The notes under the pieces were generated by a model. That model had not been told where the DNA came from and did not search any database. It saw nothing but the letters and a program-made list of their open reading frames with translations. A stretch of DNA of 32,000 bases from the NCBI GenBank assembly GCA_000091165.1, contig FP565575.1, positions 1,110,001-1,142,000 of the forward strand, given 5' to 3'. The stretch is from Candidatus Methylomirabilis oxygeniifera. Lineage in GTDB: Bacteria; Methylomirabilota; Methylomirabilia; Methylomirabilales; Methylomirabilaceae. Of this stretch, positions 16,033-24,821 are shown piece by piece (the first letter of the stretch is position 1; every line of letters starts with the position of its first letter). Made by a program: the position numbers and the translations under genes.

Positions 16033-16276
16033 CCAACAACGAGACATGCAGTGGTCAACGGCCGTGGGTCCACGCTGAAAGCTGAAGGAGCGCGACCGGA
16101 CCGACCTTCAACTAATTTGCCGTCGGTCTCCAGTCTGGGGCCGATAGATGAGTAAAGCGCGATGAAGGCTGCTTTCTGACACGGTGTAATGCTTGACAAC
16201 CCGCCTGAAATCGCCTACGGTTGTCAGAGATAATCAGGGTAGAGGCGCTATACGCTTGCGGGTCAAGGAGGGTGGC

Positions 16277-17332
16277 ATGGCGGAGAGGACGGCAGAACGC
16301 GGGGACGGGAAAGAGCGGGAGCGCGCGCTGGATCTGGCAATCGCCCAGATTGAAAAACTGTACGGCAAAGGCTCCATCATGAGGATGGGCACTTCCGGCG
16401 CCCTCGTGCCTATTGCGGCGATTTCCACGGGCTCGCTGGAGTTGGACGCGGCGCTGGGAGTCGGGGGCGTGCCACGGGGACGCATCATCGAGATCTTCGG
16501 GCCGGAGTCTTCCGGAAAAACGACATTAGCTCTGCACATCATCGCTGAGGCGCAGCGGGTGGGCGGTTCTGCCGCTTTTGTCGATGCCGAGCACGCGCTT
16601 GACGCCGCCTATGCCAGATCCCTGGGAGTGAAGATCGACGATGTGCTGATCTCTCAACCGGATACGGGGGAGCAGGCTCTCGAGATTACTGAAGTCCTGG
16701 TTCGGAGCGGGGCCATTGATGTCGTTGTGATCGACTCGGTTGCCGCCCTCGTCCCCCGGGCCGAGATCGAGGGCGAGATGGGTGAACCGACGATGGGCCT
16801 TCAGGCCCGCCTGATGTCTCAGGCGCTGCGAAAGCTGACGGCAGCCATCAGCAAGTCGAAGACCTGCGTGATCTTCATCAACCAGCTTCGAGAGAAGATC
16901 GGGGTCATGTTCGGCAACCCCGAGACCACGACCGGAGGCCGCGCATTAAAGTTTTACTCGTCGGTTCGACTCGATATCAGGAGAATCTCAAGTATTAAAG
17001 AAGGGGAGAATGTGGTGGGGTCGCGCGTCAAGGTTAAGGTGGTCAAGAACAAGGTTGCGCCCCCCTTCAAAGAGGCAGAGTTCGACCTCATCTACGGCGA
17101 GGGGATCTCTCGAACCGGAGGCATATTGGACCTTGGCGTCGAGCACAAGATTATTGAAAAGAGCGGATCGTGGTTTTCCTACACCGGGGAGCGAATTGGC
17201 CAGGGTCGGGAGAACGCGAAGCGCTTCTTGCAGGAGAACGCCGCGCTCTGCAACGAAATCGAAGTGAAAGTGCGTGCGGCCCTGGGGCTGACCGCCGCCG
17301 TTGAGACGGCTGTATCGTCGCAGGCGCGGTAG
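16277..17332 (+). CDS. recA: Recombinase RecA
   Basis: [22 protein letters not shown], Walker [13 protein letters not shown], and [37 protein letters not shown]. The ATG at 16277 is preceded by an AAGGAGGG SD. Confidence 0.97.
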   Translation: MAERTAERGDGKERERALDLAIAQIEKLYGKGSIMRMGTSGALVPIAAISTGSLELDAALGVGGVPRGRIIEIFGPESSGKTTLALHIIAEAQRVGGSAAFVDAEHALDAAYARSLGVKIDDVLISQPDTGEQALEITEVLVRSGAIDVVVIDSVAALVPRAEIEGEMGEPTMGLQARLMSQALRKLTAAISKSKTCVIFINQLREKIGVMFGNPETTTGGRALKFYSSVRLDIRRISSIKEGENVVGSRVKVKVVKNKVAPPFKEAEFDLIYGEGISRTGGILDLGVEHKIIEKSGSWFSYTGERIGQGRENAKRFLQENAALCNEIEVKVRAALGLTAAVETAVSSQAR

Positions 17333-17338
17333 CATCGC

Positions 17339-17452
17339 AGGCAGATAGACTGAAGCCTGAAGAATTTTAGGGGTAGGAACCGAGAAGATCGTGAATGGCT
17401 TGAGTTGTACCTTGCGAGATACGATATGACCTTCAGTCTTCAGCCTAAACAC
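17339..17452 (+). repeat. Intergenic ~115-nt repeat element, copy A (between recA and pilT)
   Basis: The 5' block AGGCAGATAGACTGAAGCCTGAAGAATTTTAGGGGTAGG and the 3' block GTCTTCAGCCTAAACAC are both shared with the copy at 27031-27147. An internal 13-bp stem pairs 17350-17362 with 17431-17443 (1 mismatch). Confidence 0.55.
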
Positions 17453-17486
17453 CTGAGTAGTTACAAAGAGAGAGATATCTACAGGG

Positions 17487-18626
17487 ATGCCTTTCGATCT
17501 TGATGGACTGCTGAGACTGGCCATTGAACAACGCGCCTCGGACCTCCACCTGAAAGTCGGCGCTCCGCCTCTTCTCCGAGTCGACCATCAGCTTATTCCG
17601 GTGCAAGATCGACCGTATCTCACCCAGGCCGACCTCGACGCGACGGTCGGCCTGGTGACGACCGAGTTGCAGCGGCAGCAGTTTGTGCAACATCGGGAAC
17701 TGGACGTCAGTTATGGTGTCGCCGGGTTGGGGCGGTTTCGCACCAATCTCTTTCAGCAGCGCGGAACGGTGGGGGCCACCTTTCGGGTCATCCCGCTCAC
17801 AGTTGACACGATCGAAGAGCTGAACCTTCCGTCGATCATCGGGAAGTTGGCGATGGAACCCAGAGGGATGGTATTGGTCACCGGGACCGCAGGAAGCGGA
17901 AAATCGACGACCCTCGCAGCGATGATCGGTCACATCAACAACAATAGAACCGGCCACATCGTCACCATCGAGGACCCGATCGAGTTCCTCCATGCGGACA
18001 ATCGGTGCTTGATCAACCAGCGGGAGGTTGGAATCGATACGGAGTCGTTCGCCGGGGCACTGCGCAGCGCGCTTCGCCAGGACCCGGATGTGATCCTGGT
18101 GGGAGAAATGCGCGACTTCGACACGATCAGTACGGCCATTGTAGCGGCCGAGACGGGCCACTTGGTGTTGAGTACCCTGCACACTATCGATGCCGCCGAA
18201 ACGGTCAACCGCATCATCGCGATCTTTCCGCCCTATCAGCAGAAGCAGATCCGGTTACAACTCGCTGCGCTGCTTCGGGGAGTCATCTCGATGCGCTTGA
18301 TCCCGCGAATCGACGGCGTAGGACGCGTGCCGGCAGTCGAGGTGATGGTTGCCACCGCGACCATTCGGGAATGTATCGCTGATACCGACAAGACCAGAAA
18401 GATTCCGGAGGTTATCGCGGCCGGGACGTCGGAGTATGGGATGCAGACCTTCGACCAATCGCTCATGAGCCTGTTCCAACGGGGCCTGGTGAGTTACGAG
18501 GAGGCACTGAGATGGAGCAGCAACCCCAACGACTTCGCGCTCAAGGTTCGAGGGATCGAGAGTGCGGCGGATCAATCCTGGACTCCGGAACGAAAGGGAC
18601 AGCCTCGCGAACGAAAGCTTCACTGA
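17487..18626 (+). CDS. pilT: Type IV pilus retraction ATPase PilT (twitching motility protein)
   Basis: ASDLHLKVGAPPLLRV, Walker A GTAGSGKSTTLAAMI, IVTIEDPIEF, ALRQDPDVILVGEMRD and GHLVLSTLHT are typical of the PilT/PilU family. Confidence 0.92.
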   Translation: MPFDLDGLLRLAIEQRASDLHLKVGAPPLLRVDHQLIPVQDRPYLTQADLDATVGLVTTELQRQQFVQHRELDVSYGVAGLGRFRTNLFQQRGTVGATFRVIPLTVDTIEELNLPSIIGKLAMEPRGMVLVTGTAGSGKSTTLAAMIGHINNNRTGHIVTIEDPIEFLHADNRCLINQREVGIDTESFAGALRSALRQDPDVILVGEMRDFDTISTAIVAAETGHLVLSTLHTIDAAETVNRIIAIFPPYQQKQIRLQLAALLRGVISMRLIPRIDGVGRVPAVEVMVATATIRECIADTDKTRKIPEVIAAGTSEYGMQTFDQSLMSLFQRGLVSYEEALRWSSNPNDFALKVRGIESAADQSWTPERKGQPRERKLH

Positions 18627-19084
18627 AACCCCGGTCTCCCGAGGCAGCGTACAAGGCGGGCGTACGTCTCCTTACCGCTCGGGATCGGACAAGCGCTGAG
18701 CTTGCTCGCCTGCTTGTAGTGAGGGGATTTACTGGCGCAGAAGTACGGATAGCCCTTGATCGATTGAAAGAGGAAGGGTACCTGAACGATCGACGATTCG
18801 CAAGCGCTTGGGCCAAGGGCCGCCTGTGGACAAAGCCGATGGGCCCGTATCGTCTGAGTAGGGAACTCGAGGTCAAAGGGGTTGAGACGCAACTCGTGCG
18901 AGAGGTCCTGGAAGACGTGTACGAAGAGGGCGAAGAGCCGGTGGCCCGCCGGGCGATGGCAGGCAAACTCTCAGCGCTTGGTGGCCGGCCGGTTCCATCG
19001 CGAACCGCCTCGGTGGCGCGGTTTCTCCACCGAAGAGGATTTTCAGGCGAAATGATCCGGCAACTGCTTCACGAGGAGCAATAG
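18512..19084 (+). CDS. recX: Recombination regulator RecX
   Basis: RTSAELARLLVVRGFTGAEVRIALDRLKEEGYLNDRRFASAWAKGRL matches RecX repeats. The only ATG is at 18512, with a GAGGAGG SD 7 nt upstream. No ATG/GTG/TTG occurs in frame after the pilT stop, so recX overlaps pilT by 115 nt. Confidence 0.85.
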   Translation: MEQQPQRLRAQGSRDRECGGSILDSGTKGTASRTKASLKPRSPEAAYKAGVRLLTARDRTSAELARLLVVRGFTGAEVRIALDRLKEEGYLNDRRFASAWAKGRLWTKPMGPYRLSRELEVKGVETQLVREVLEDVYEEGEEPVARRAMAGKLSALGGRPVPSRTASVARFLHRRGFSGEMIRQLLHEEQ

Positions 19085-19098
19085 GGATAGTGGAACGC

Positions 19099-21759
19099 AT
19101 GATGTCACGGTTGACAGGCGGAGAGATCCGCGAGCGATTCCTGCGCTTTTTTGAGCGGAATGGCCATACGGTGGTGGCCAGTTCGTCATTAGTCCCGGCC
19201 GGCGATCCGACACTGCTCTTCACCAATGCCGGGATGGTACCGTTTAAGGGGGTCTTTCTGGGGACCGATCCGCGTCCCTACCGGCGCGCCGTCTCTATTC
19301 AAAAGTGTTTGCGCGTCAGCGGTAAACATAACGATCTGGAGAATGTCGGTCGAACCGCCCGTCACCATACCTTCTTTGAGATGCTCGGCAATTTCTCGTT
19401 CGGCGATTACTTCAAGGAGGGCGCCATTGAATATGGCTGGGCGTTCCTGACGTGCGAGCTGGAGCTGCCTGCGGATCGGCTGTGGGCCACCATTTATAAA
19501 GATGACGATGCGGCGGGCGAACTGTGGCAGCGGCTGACCGGACTGCCGTCTGATCGCATCGTTCGCCTGGGGGAAAAAGATAATTTCTGGTCGATGGGCG
19601 AGACCGGTCCATGCGGGCCCTGCTCCGAGTTGATCTTCGACCAGGGTCCGACAATCGGGTGCGGACGGCCGACCTGTACTATTGAGTGCGGGTGCGATCG
19701 ATATCTTGAGCTGTGGAACCTGGTATTCATGCAGTTCAATCGCGACGCCTCAGGAACCCTCACGCCGCTCCCGAAGCCGAGTATCGACACGGGAGCCGGA
19801 TTGGAGCGGATGGCCGCGGTGTGCCAGGGAGTCACGAGTAATTTTGAGAGCGACCTGATCCGCCCGCTGATCGCAACGGTAGAGGAGCTGTCGCAGAAGC
19901 GTTACGGGGCGGACGAGAAGGATGATATATCGATGCGGGTCATCGCCGATCACGCGAGGGCGGTGACCTTCGCGTTGGCCGACGGTGTGTTGCCCAGCAA
20001 CGAAGGGCGAGGCTACGTGCTACGTCGGATCCTCCGGCGCGCGCTTCGACATGGTCGGCTCCTCGGACTGGATGAGCCGTTCCTGGCCTCCACGACCCAC
20101 AGGGTGATCGACCTGATGACGGACGCCTATCCGGAGCTTCCGGCCAGCAGGGCGCATGTCGAGCGTCTCGCCTGGATCGAGGAGGACCGCTTCGGCATTG
20201 TGCTGCGCGAGGCGCTGCCCCGACTGCATGACCTGATCGAGAAGATCAAATCCCAGACAGCGGAGCAGGCCATCCTTCCAGGGTCAAAGCTTTTTGAGCT
20301 GTACGATACATATGGAGTACCGCGCGACCTGATCGATGAGATCGCCGTTGAGCAGTCGGTCGGATGCGATTGGAACGGATTCGAGATCGAGTTGAGACAC
20401 CAGAGGGAAACGTCACGGGCGCATCTGAAAGCGTTCGGGGACGTTCAGGGGGTTGCAGAAGCGTTTCACGACCTTGTGAAGACGAGGCGAACAGTGTTCC
20501 TGGGCTATGAGCGTCTCGATCTGGAGGCGTCGGTAGTTGCGGTCATCGTTGGCGGCACACAGGTCGATCGGATGGGTGTGGGACAGGAAGGCGAGGTTGT
20601 CCTTGACCAGACTCCGTTCTATGCCGAATCCGGTGGACAGGTGGGTGATGCCGGATATCTTCGAGGCGATGGAGTCCTTGCGGAGGTCCTGGATACGAAA
20701 CGGCCGTTGGCCGGATTGATCGTCCACCGTGTTCGAGTGAAGCGAGGCGAGTTCAGGAGTGGCCAGCGACTCCTTGCCTCGGTTGAGGCTGATCGGCGCA
20801 GTACGACGGTCAAGAACCACACAGCAACCCACCTCGTCCACGCGGCTCTGCGACAGATCCTTGGCGATCATGTGCGACAGGAAGGCTCGTTGGTTGCGCC
20901 GGATCGCTTGCGCTTTGACTTTCGCCACTATGGGCCGGTGAGTCCCGCCGAGATCACTCAGATCGAAGAGATGGTCAATGCGAAGCTCTGGGCGAACGTG
21001 CCCGTGGTGGTCGAAGAGATGCGGCTGGATGAGGCGCTGGCGAAAGGCGCCCTGGCCTTCTTCGGCGACAAGTACGGGGATGAGGTGCGGGTGGTCGGCG
21101 TCGCCGATTTCAGTATTGAGCTGTGCGGAGGGACGCATACCAAGTCGACGGGGGAGATCGGTCTGTTGAAGATCGCGCATGAGACAGGCGTGGCCGCCGG
21201 CATACGCCGGATTGAGGCCTTGACCGGCCCAGGCGCCTTTCAGTACCTCAAGCGCGAGGGAGAGGTCCTGCGGGAATCGGCCGATCGATTGAAAAGTAAG
21301 CCGCTTGAGGTTCCCGAAAAGGTTGAGCGCCTCTTTGATTCGGCGCGCGCCTTCGAACGCGAGGTCCAGCGGTTGCGCGCCAAGTTGGGCGCAGAAATGG
21401 CGGAGGAGTTGCTGAACAAGGCAACCCGGGTCTCCGGTGTCATGGTGGTGGCGGGCCTAGTGGAGCAGTGTGATCAGCGGGCGCTACGGGAACTCGTCGA
21501 TCGAGTCAAGACGAAGATCGAGAGTGGAGTTATCGTTCTGGCAACGTCCCTGGACGGACGGGTAGGCTGGGTAGCAGCCGTGACGCCGGACCTTACCTCT
21601 CGACTGCACGCCGGAAAATTGGTGAAGGAAGTCGCAAATATCACCGGGGGGAGCGGCGGTGGCAGGGCTGATCTCGCCGAAGCCGGCGGGAAAAACCTCG
21701 ATGAGTTGGATCGAGCGCTTCAGCTTGTCCCGGAGTTGGTCAAACAGGCTCTCGCATGA
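19099..21759 (+). CDS. alaS: Alanine--tRNA ligase
   Basis: IRERFLRFFERNGHTVVASSSLVP, TNAGMVPFK, HHTFFEMLGNFSFGDYFK, and the editing-domain motifs HTATHLVHAAL and CGGTH. The ATG start at 19099 is chosen over the GTG at 19090. Confidence 0.97.
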   Translation: MMSRLTGGEIRERFLRFFERNGHTVVASSSLVPAGDPTLLFTNAGMVPFKGVFLGTDPRPYRRAVSIQKCLRVSGKHNDLENVGRTARHHTFFEMLGNFSFGDYFKEGAIEYGWAFLTCELELPADRLWATIYKDDDAAGELWQRLTGLPSDRIVRLGEKDNFWSMGETGPCGPCSELIFDQGPTIGCGRPTCTIECGCDRYLELWNLVFMQFNRDASGTLTPLPKPSIDTGAGLERMAAVCQGVTSNFESDLIRPLIATVEELSQKRYGADEKDDISMRVIADHARAVTFALADGVLPSNEGRGYVLRRILRRALRHGRLLGLDEPFLASTTHRVIDLMTDAYPELPASRAHVERLAWIEEDRFGIVLREALPRLHDLIEKIKSQTAEQAILPGSKLFELYDTYGVPRDLIDEIAVEQSVGCDWNGFEIELRHQRETSRAHLKAFGDVQGVAEAFHDLVKTRRTVFLGYERLDLEASVVAVIVGGTQVDRMGVGQEGEVVLDQTPFYAESGGQVGDAGYLRGDGVLAEVLDTKRPLAGLIVHRVRVKRGEFRSGQRLLASVEADRRSTTVKNHTATHLVHAALRQILGDHVRQEGSLVAPDRLRFDFRHYGPVSPAEITQIEEMVNAKLWANVPVVVEEMRLDEALAKGALAFFGDKYGDEVRVVGVADFSIELCGGTHTKSTGEIGLLKIAHETGVAAGIRRIEALTGPGAFQYLKREGEVLRESADRLKSKPLEVPEKVERLFDSARAFEREVQRLRAKLGAEMAEELLNKATRVSGVMVVAGLVEQCDQRALRELVDRVKTKIESGVIVLATSLDGRVGWVAAVTPDLTSRLHAGKLVKEVANITGGSGGGRADLAEAGGKNLDELDRALQLVPELVKQALA

Positions 21760-21767
21760 GTCTATTC

Positions 21768-21775
21768 CGGAATCC
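21768..21775. repeat. Target-site duplication, left copy (CGGAATCC)
   Basis: It is identical to 26963-26970 and directly abuts the terminal inverted repeat. It could be 9 bp (CGGAATCCG) because of a 1-nt boundary ambiguity. Confidence 0.75.
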
Positions 21776-21794
21776 GGTAGTGGGTCAGTTTGAA
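21776..21794 (+). repeat. Left terminal inverted repeat (IRL)
   Basis: GGTAGTGGGTCAGTTTGAA is the exact reverse complement of 26944-26962. Confidence 0.85.
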
Positions 21795-21805
21795 ATAAGC
21801 GAACC

Positions 21806-21834
21806 TTGACAGCAAGTGTTGACATCCCTATACT
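21806..21834 (+). promoter_or_regulatory. Sigma70-type promoter TTGACA-17-TATACT driving a leaderless mRNA
   Basis: The -35 TTGACA is at 21806-21811, followed by a 17-nt spacer and the -10 TATACT at 21829-21834. The ATG at 21841 begins 7 nt after the -10 and has no SD. Confidence 0.5.
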
Positions 21835-21840
21835 CAGGGT

Positions 21841-22086
21841 ATGCCTAAGCGCACAAGCAAGAAGCCGCCCTCTGATATTAACCTGCTCGCCGTCTCAGTC
21901 GTTCAGGCGGCAACCGGAGAGAAACCCGCTAGTGAGAGCATCCCGCAAAAGAACCCTGCCGCTGTAGCCCTGGGTCGATTGGGTGGGCTGAAGGGTGGGA
22001 AGGCCAGGGCCAAGAAACTCTCTGCGAAGACAAGATCATTAATCGCCAAGAAAGCCGCGAAGGCCCGTTGGGCTAGACAGAAGTAG
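21841..22086 (+). CDS. Small, highly basic hypothetical protein (81 aa)
   Basis: The C-terminal motif is NPAAVALGRLGGLKGGKARAKKLSAKTRSLIAKKAAKARWARQK. It is the first gene inside IRL and has a consensus promoter immediately upstream. Confidence 0.55.
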   Translation: MPKRTSKKPPSDINLLAVSVVQAATGEKPASESIPQKNPAAVALGRLGGLKGGKARAKKLSAKTRSLIAKKAAKARWARQK

Positions 22087-22198
22087 CTTTTCTATGTCAT
22101 AAGTGACAAGCGGCGGACATCTCAACAACGGAGAAGATTCTGAGCTTTTAGAAAGGATTTTTGATTTTAGGATTTATCTACTTGGTTCCCCTTGATCC

Positions 22199-22843
22199 CT
22201 ATAAGGTGACGACCCGCCACGCCGCCTTTTGGTGCAAAGCAGAGAACGATAACCGAACCCGGAAGTCCTCGCCGAGGGTGGGTGCGTTGCGGCCGACCCT
22301 CCAAATGGTATCGTTTTCGTCCGGGTTGTATTGATCTTGAAACACCCCGCTTGGGATACAAGCTATCTTTATCTGCTTCAGCAACGACCCCTTCCCATCG
22401 CCCTTGTAAATGTATTTAACGACTATTGTCACCGTCTGCATCTTCACGCCAGACCTTTCAATGAAGGTCGGCAAGCCGCCCTTAACTTTTTCGACCTTTC
22501 CAGCCCTGTGCTGCCGCACTTCCATTGACGTTTGCGACATCTGAATCGTGGCTGTGTTACCGTCCTTTTCAGCCTTCGAGTCAATCATTAAGGCAACTTC
22601 CGTTTCTCTATCTGGCAGAAACACGAGAGCGGCCCGTTTATAATCGATTTTTCCGTACAGGCGGATATGCACTCGTGAAAGTCCGAGGAAATCTAACGCC
22701 TCCCGGGTAATGTCTTCTGCAACATCAGCGGCCAGATCAGTTTCCTCGCGGAATATTTTGACCGCCTCTTTGTGATAGTCGCGGATCGCCCGAACAACCA
22801 GGCGAAGGCACGAGCGTTCTACCTCCTCAATCTGAATCTGCAT
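22199..22843 (-). CDS. Putative type II restriction endonuclease (PD-(D/E)XK candidate)
   Basis: It lies immediately downstream of the methyltransferase and overlaps it. A candidate catalytic motif is FLPD-x9-DSK. The start is uncertain: ATG at 22843 or TTG at 22867. No family recognised by eye. Confidence 0.6.
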   Translation of the reverse strand: MQIQIEEVERSCLRLVVRAIRDYHKEAVKIFREETDLAADVAEDITREALDFLGLSRVHIRLYGKIDYKRAALVFLPDRETEVALMIDSKAEKDGNTATIQMSQTSMEVRQHRAGKVEKVKGGLPTFIERSGVKMQTVTIVVKYIYKGDGKGSLLKQIKIACIPSGVFQDQYNPDENDTIWRVGRNAPTLGEDFRVRLSFSALHQKAAWRVVTL

Positions 22844-23843
22844 TTTCACGGGTTCTGGATTCTGCAAGCTTGGTGTATTTTTTCAGCCTATCAATTCCGA
22901 TGTATTTGCGCTTCAGTTTGTGCGCCATCCTGGTCGTGGTCCCCGACCCAACGAACGGATCAATCACAACGTCGCCAGGATCGGAGAACAAACGGATAAC
23001 GCGCTCTGCCAGCATCTCTGGAAACTCGCACTCATGGCGTCCGTTCCTTTGGACTGACCGTATGTTCCAGACGCCCCTCGATCCCCATTCAGCCCATTCA
23101 TTCTTCTTGAGGCGATTACGGTCAACGTCAATTATCCCCGGTTTCCAGAATACGTACAGGTATTCAAACTCATCCACCGCACGGTAAGAATTGCTGTGCC
23201 ATCGGCTATTGGCCCAACAAGGGTCTTTGTGCCAGATGCGGCGGTCATAGAGATATAGACCGACCGACTCAGCCCATCCCTGCAATAGACCTCCGACGAC
23301 AAACACCTTTGTCCCAGCCTCATACTTGCCGCCGCGCACGTTGTTATGTTCCGCACGGCGCTGAATGGTTTGCTCGCTGCACCCGAACAGCTTCGCCAAC
23401 TCATAACGGCTTGCCTTCGGATGCTTCTTCATTGCGGCAAGCACGTCTTCCCGCGTGATGGCAATCTTCTTGTTGCTGATGTTATTTGCCATGTAACGCG
23501 GCATCTCTGTGTCGGTGAAGCAAAGAATGTCGCTGATATTAATCACCATGAAGGAGCCGGACTTCATGACACGCGCATGCTCCACGATTACGCCGCGCAG
23601 AAGTTCTTGCCACTGCTGGAAAGTAAGGTGTGCCTCGTAATTCTTGCCAACGAAGTACGGCGGAGACCAAAAACTCAAATCTATGCTTGCTGCTGGAAAC
23701 GACCGCAGCACAGCAATGGAATCGCCTGTGTAAATTCTGTTGACGTGGTTTTCGTCGGCGAGTAGTTGGGCTTTCGCTGCTGTTGGCCTGCATGCCAACA
23801 CAACGTCAGTAATCGCATTTAGAGCAGCTAACTCACTCCTCAT
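22827..23843 (-). CDS. Beta-class N4-cytosine/N6-adenine DNA methyltransferase (N6_N4_Mtase type)
   Basis: Motif IV SPPY (DLSFWSPPYFVG) precedes motif I (VVIDPFVGSGTTTRMA), which is the beta-class order. An HTH-like insertion (ASRYELAKLFGCSEQTIQRRA) lies between them. Confidence 0.92.
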   Translation of the reverse strand: MRSELAALNAITDVVLACRPTAAKAQLLADENHVNRIYTGDSIAVLRSFPAASIDLSFWSPPYFVGKNYEAHLTFQQWQELLRGVIVEHARVMKSGSFMVINISDILCFTDTEMPRYMANNISNKKIAITREDVLAAMKKHPKASRYELAKLFGCSEQTIQRRAEHNNVRGGKYEAGTKVFVVGGLLQGWAESVGLYLYDRRIWHKDPCWANSRWHSNSYRAVDEFEYLYVFWKPGIIDVDRNRLKKNEWAEWGSRGVWNIRSVQRNGRHECEFPEMLAERVIRLFSDPGDVVIDPFVGSGTTTRMAHKLKRKYIGIDRLKKYTKLAESRTRENADSD

Positions 23844-24013
23844 GAGGTCAACTCACAATAAGTGGTCCGACTCCCAACCGTTGCATCTACGAAGCTGCCT
23901 AGCCTCTTCAAAGTATAATACAATATATTACCATCATTTATGCGAAAGATAAATTCATCGATTAGAGATTTGATCGTGGAGAGAAATTGTGCAGTGAAGA
24001 GCTTGTCTGCCAT
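23840..24013 (-). CDS. Possible 57-aa ORF translationally coupled to the methyltransferase
   Basis: Its stop TGA overlaps the methyltransferase ATG (ATGA), and the methyltransferase itself lacks an SD. The sequence is AT-rich and no family is recognised. Confidence 0.3.
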   Translation of the reverse strand: MADKLFTAQFLSTIKSLIDEFIFRINDGNILYYTLKRLGSFVDATVGSRTTYCELTS

Positions 24014-24197
24014 GCCTTTACACCTTGTTTTAGCTTTCTGAATAGGAGAGGAATCGTCCCACAAGCTCAAGCGTGCATATCAAGCGGTTTTTGAAGCTGG
24101 GAGGGGGGATTACGAGTAGTGAAGAAATAACTAGACAGATGGGCAGTATTATGTCATTTTACTTAACATGCAACCTGAGTAAAGGGAGGAGATCAAA

Positions 24198-24821
24198 ATG
24201 GCAATATCGGCTACTGAGCTTGCGCGGATCTTCGATGGTTCTGTTTCAAGGCAGATTCAAGAAGCGTTGGTCAGGTGTGTCTTTGGCAGCTACCGGACAG
24301 CCCACGATGAGTGCTCGGGATTCCCTGGTGAAGAAGCTCATGACCTACTCCCCTATTACCGATGGATTCAGCTTCGCTCAGATTTACGAGGAATGACCAA
24401 TCGCTTTGATGGTGTTCACGCTAGCGCTGAACGTTACCATACGCTCCTCCATGTTGGACGGATCTTACTCACAGCTCAACGCGTTGACGGGCCTGAAGGA
24501 TTAGTGCGTCCATCAGTTTACCGACTGGCTTATGCGGCCAGCAGTCAATTGGAACTCTTTGAACAGAACACGCCGCCGCCGGATGACGCCTTATTCTACG
24601 CCATCCTACTGCATGGTCCTGATCCGCGAGAAGCGAAGCAGCCGCTCTTTGCTCAAATCGCATTCCCAGACAAAACCCTTCAGTCCTACGTTCACAAGAT
24701 TGATCTGTTTTCCAGATTTGAACCCGTAATCGACAGCCTTCGCATTGCTCATGAAGAGGGCGGAGGCCAAGATGTGACTATCCAACTCCGCAAGGCGGCC
24801 AAAAAGCAAAACGTGTCATGA
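24198..24821 (+). CDS. Hypothetical 207-aa protein, first gene of a two-gene module
   Basis: A strong SD (GGGAGGAG) lies 7 nt upstream of the ATG. Its stop overlaps the next gene's start (ATGA). No recognisable motifs. Confidence 0.75.
   Translation: MAISATELARIFDGSVSRQIQEALVRCVFGSYRTAHDECSGFPGEEAHDLLPYYRWIQLRSDLRGMTNRFDGVHASAERYHTLLHVGRILLTAQRVDGPEGLVRPSVYRLAYAASSQLELFEQNTPPPDDALFYAILLHGPDPREAKQPLFAQIAFPDKTLQSYVHKIDLFSRFEPVIDSLRIAHEEGGGQDVTIQLRKAAKKQNVS

Noticed and set aside
16193-16276. Extended recA start at 16193 (track ORF)
   Set aside because: The extra 28 residues are not RecA-like, and the start would lie on the predicted promoter and inverted repeat. The ATG at 16277 has an AAGGAGGG SD and gives a normal-length RecA.
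24073-24396. 107-aa plus-strand ORF overlapping the start of the 207-aa gene
   Set aside because: It is in a different frame from the strongly SD-primed ORF at 24198, has no SD of its own, and has low-complexity AT-rich codon usage.
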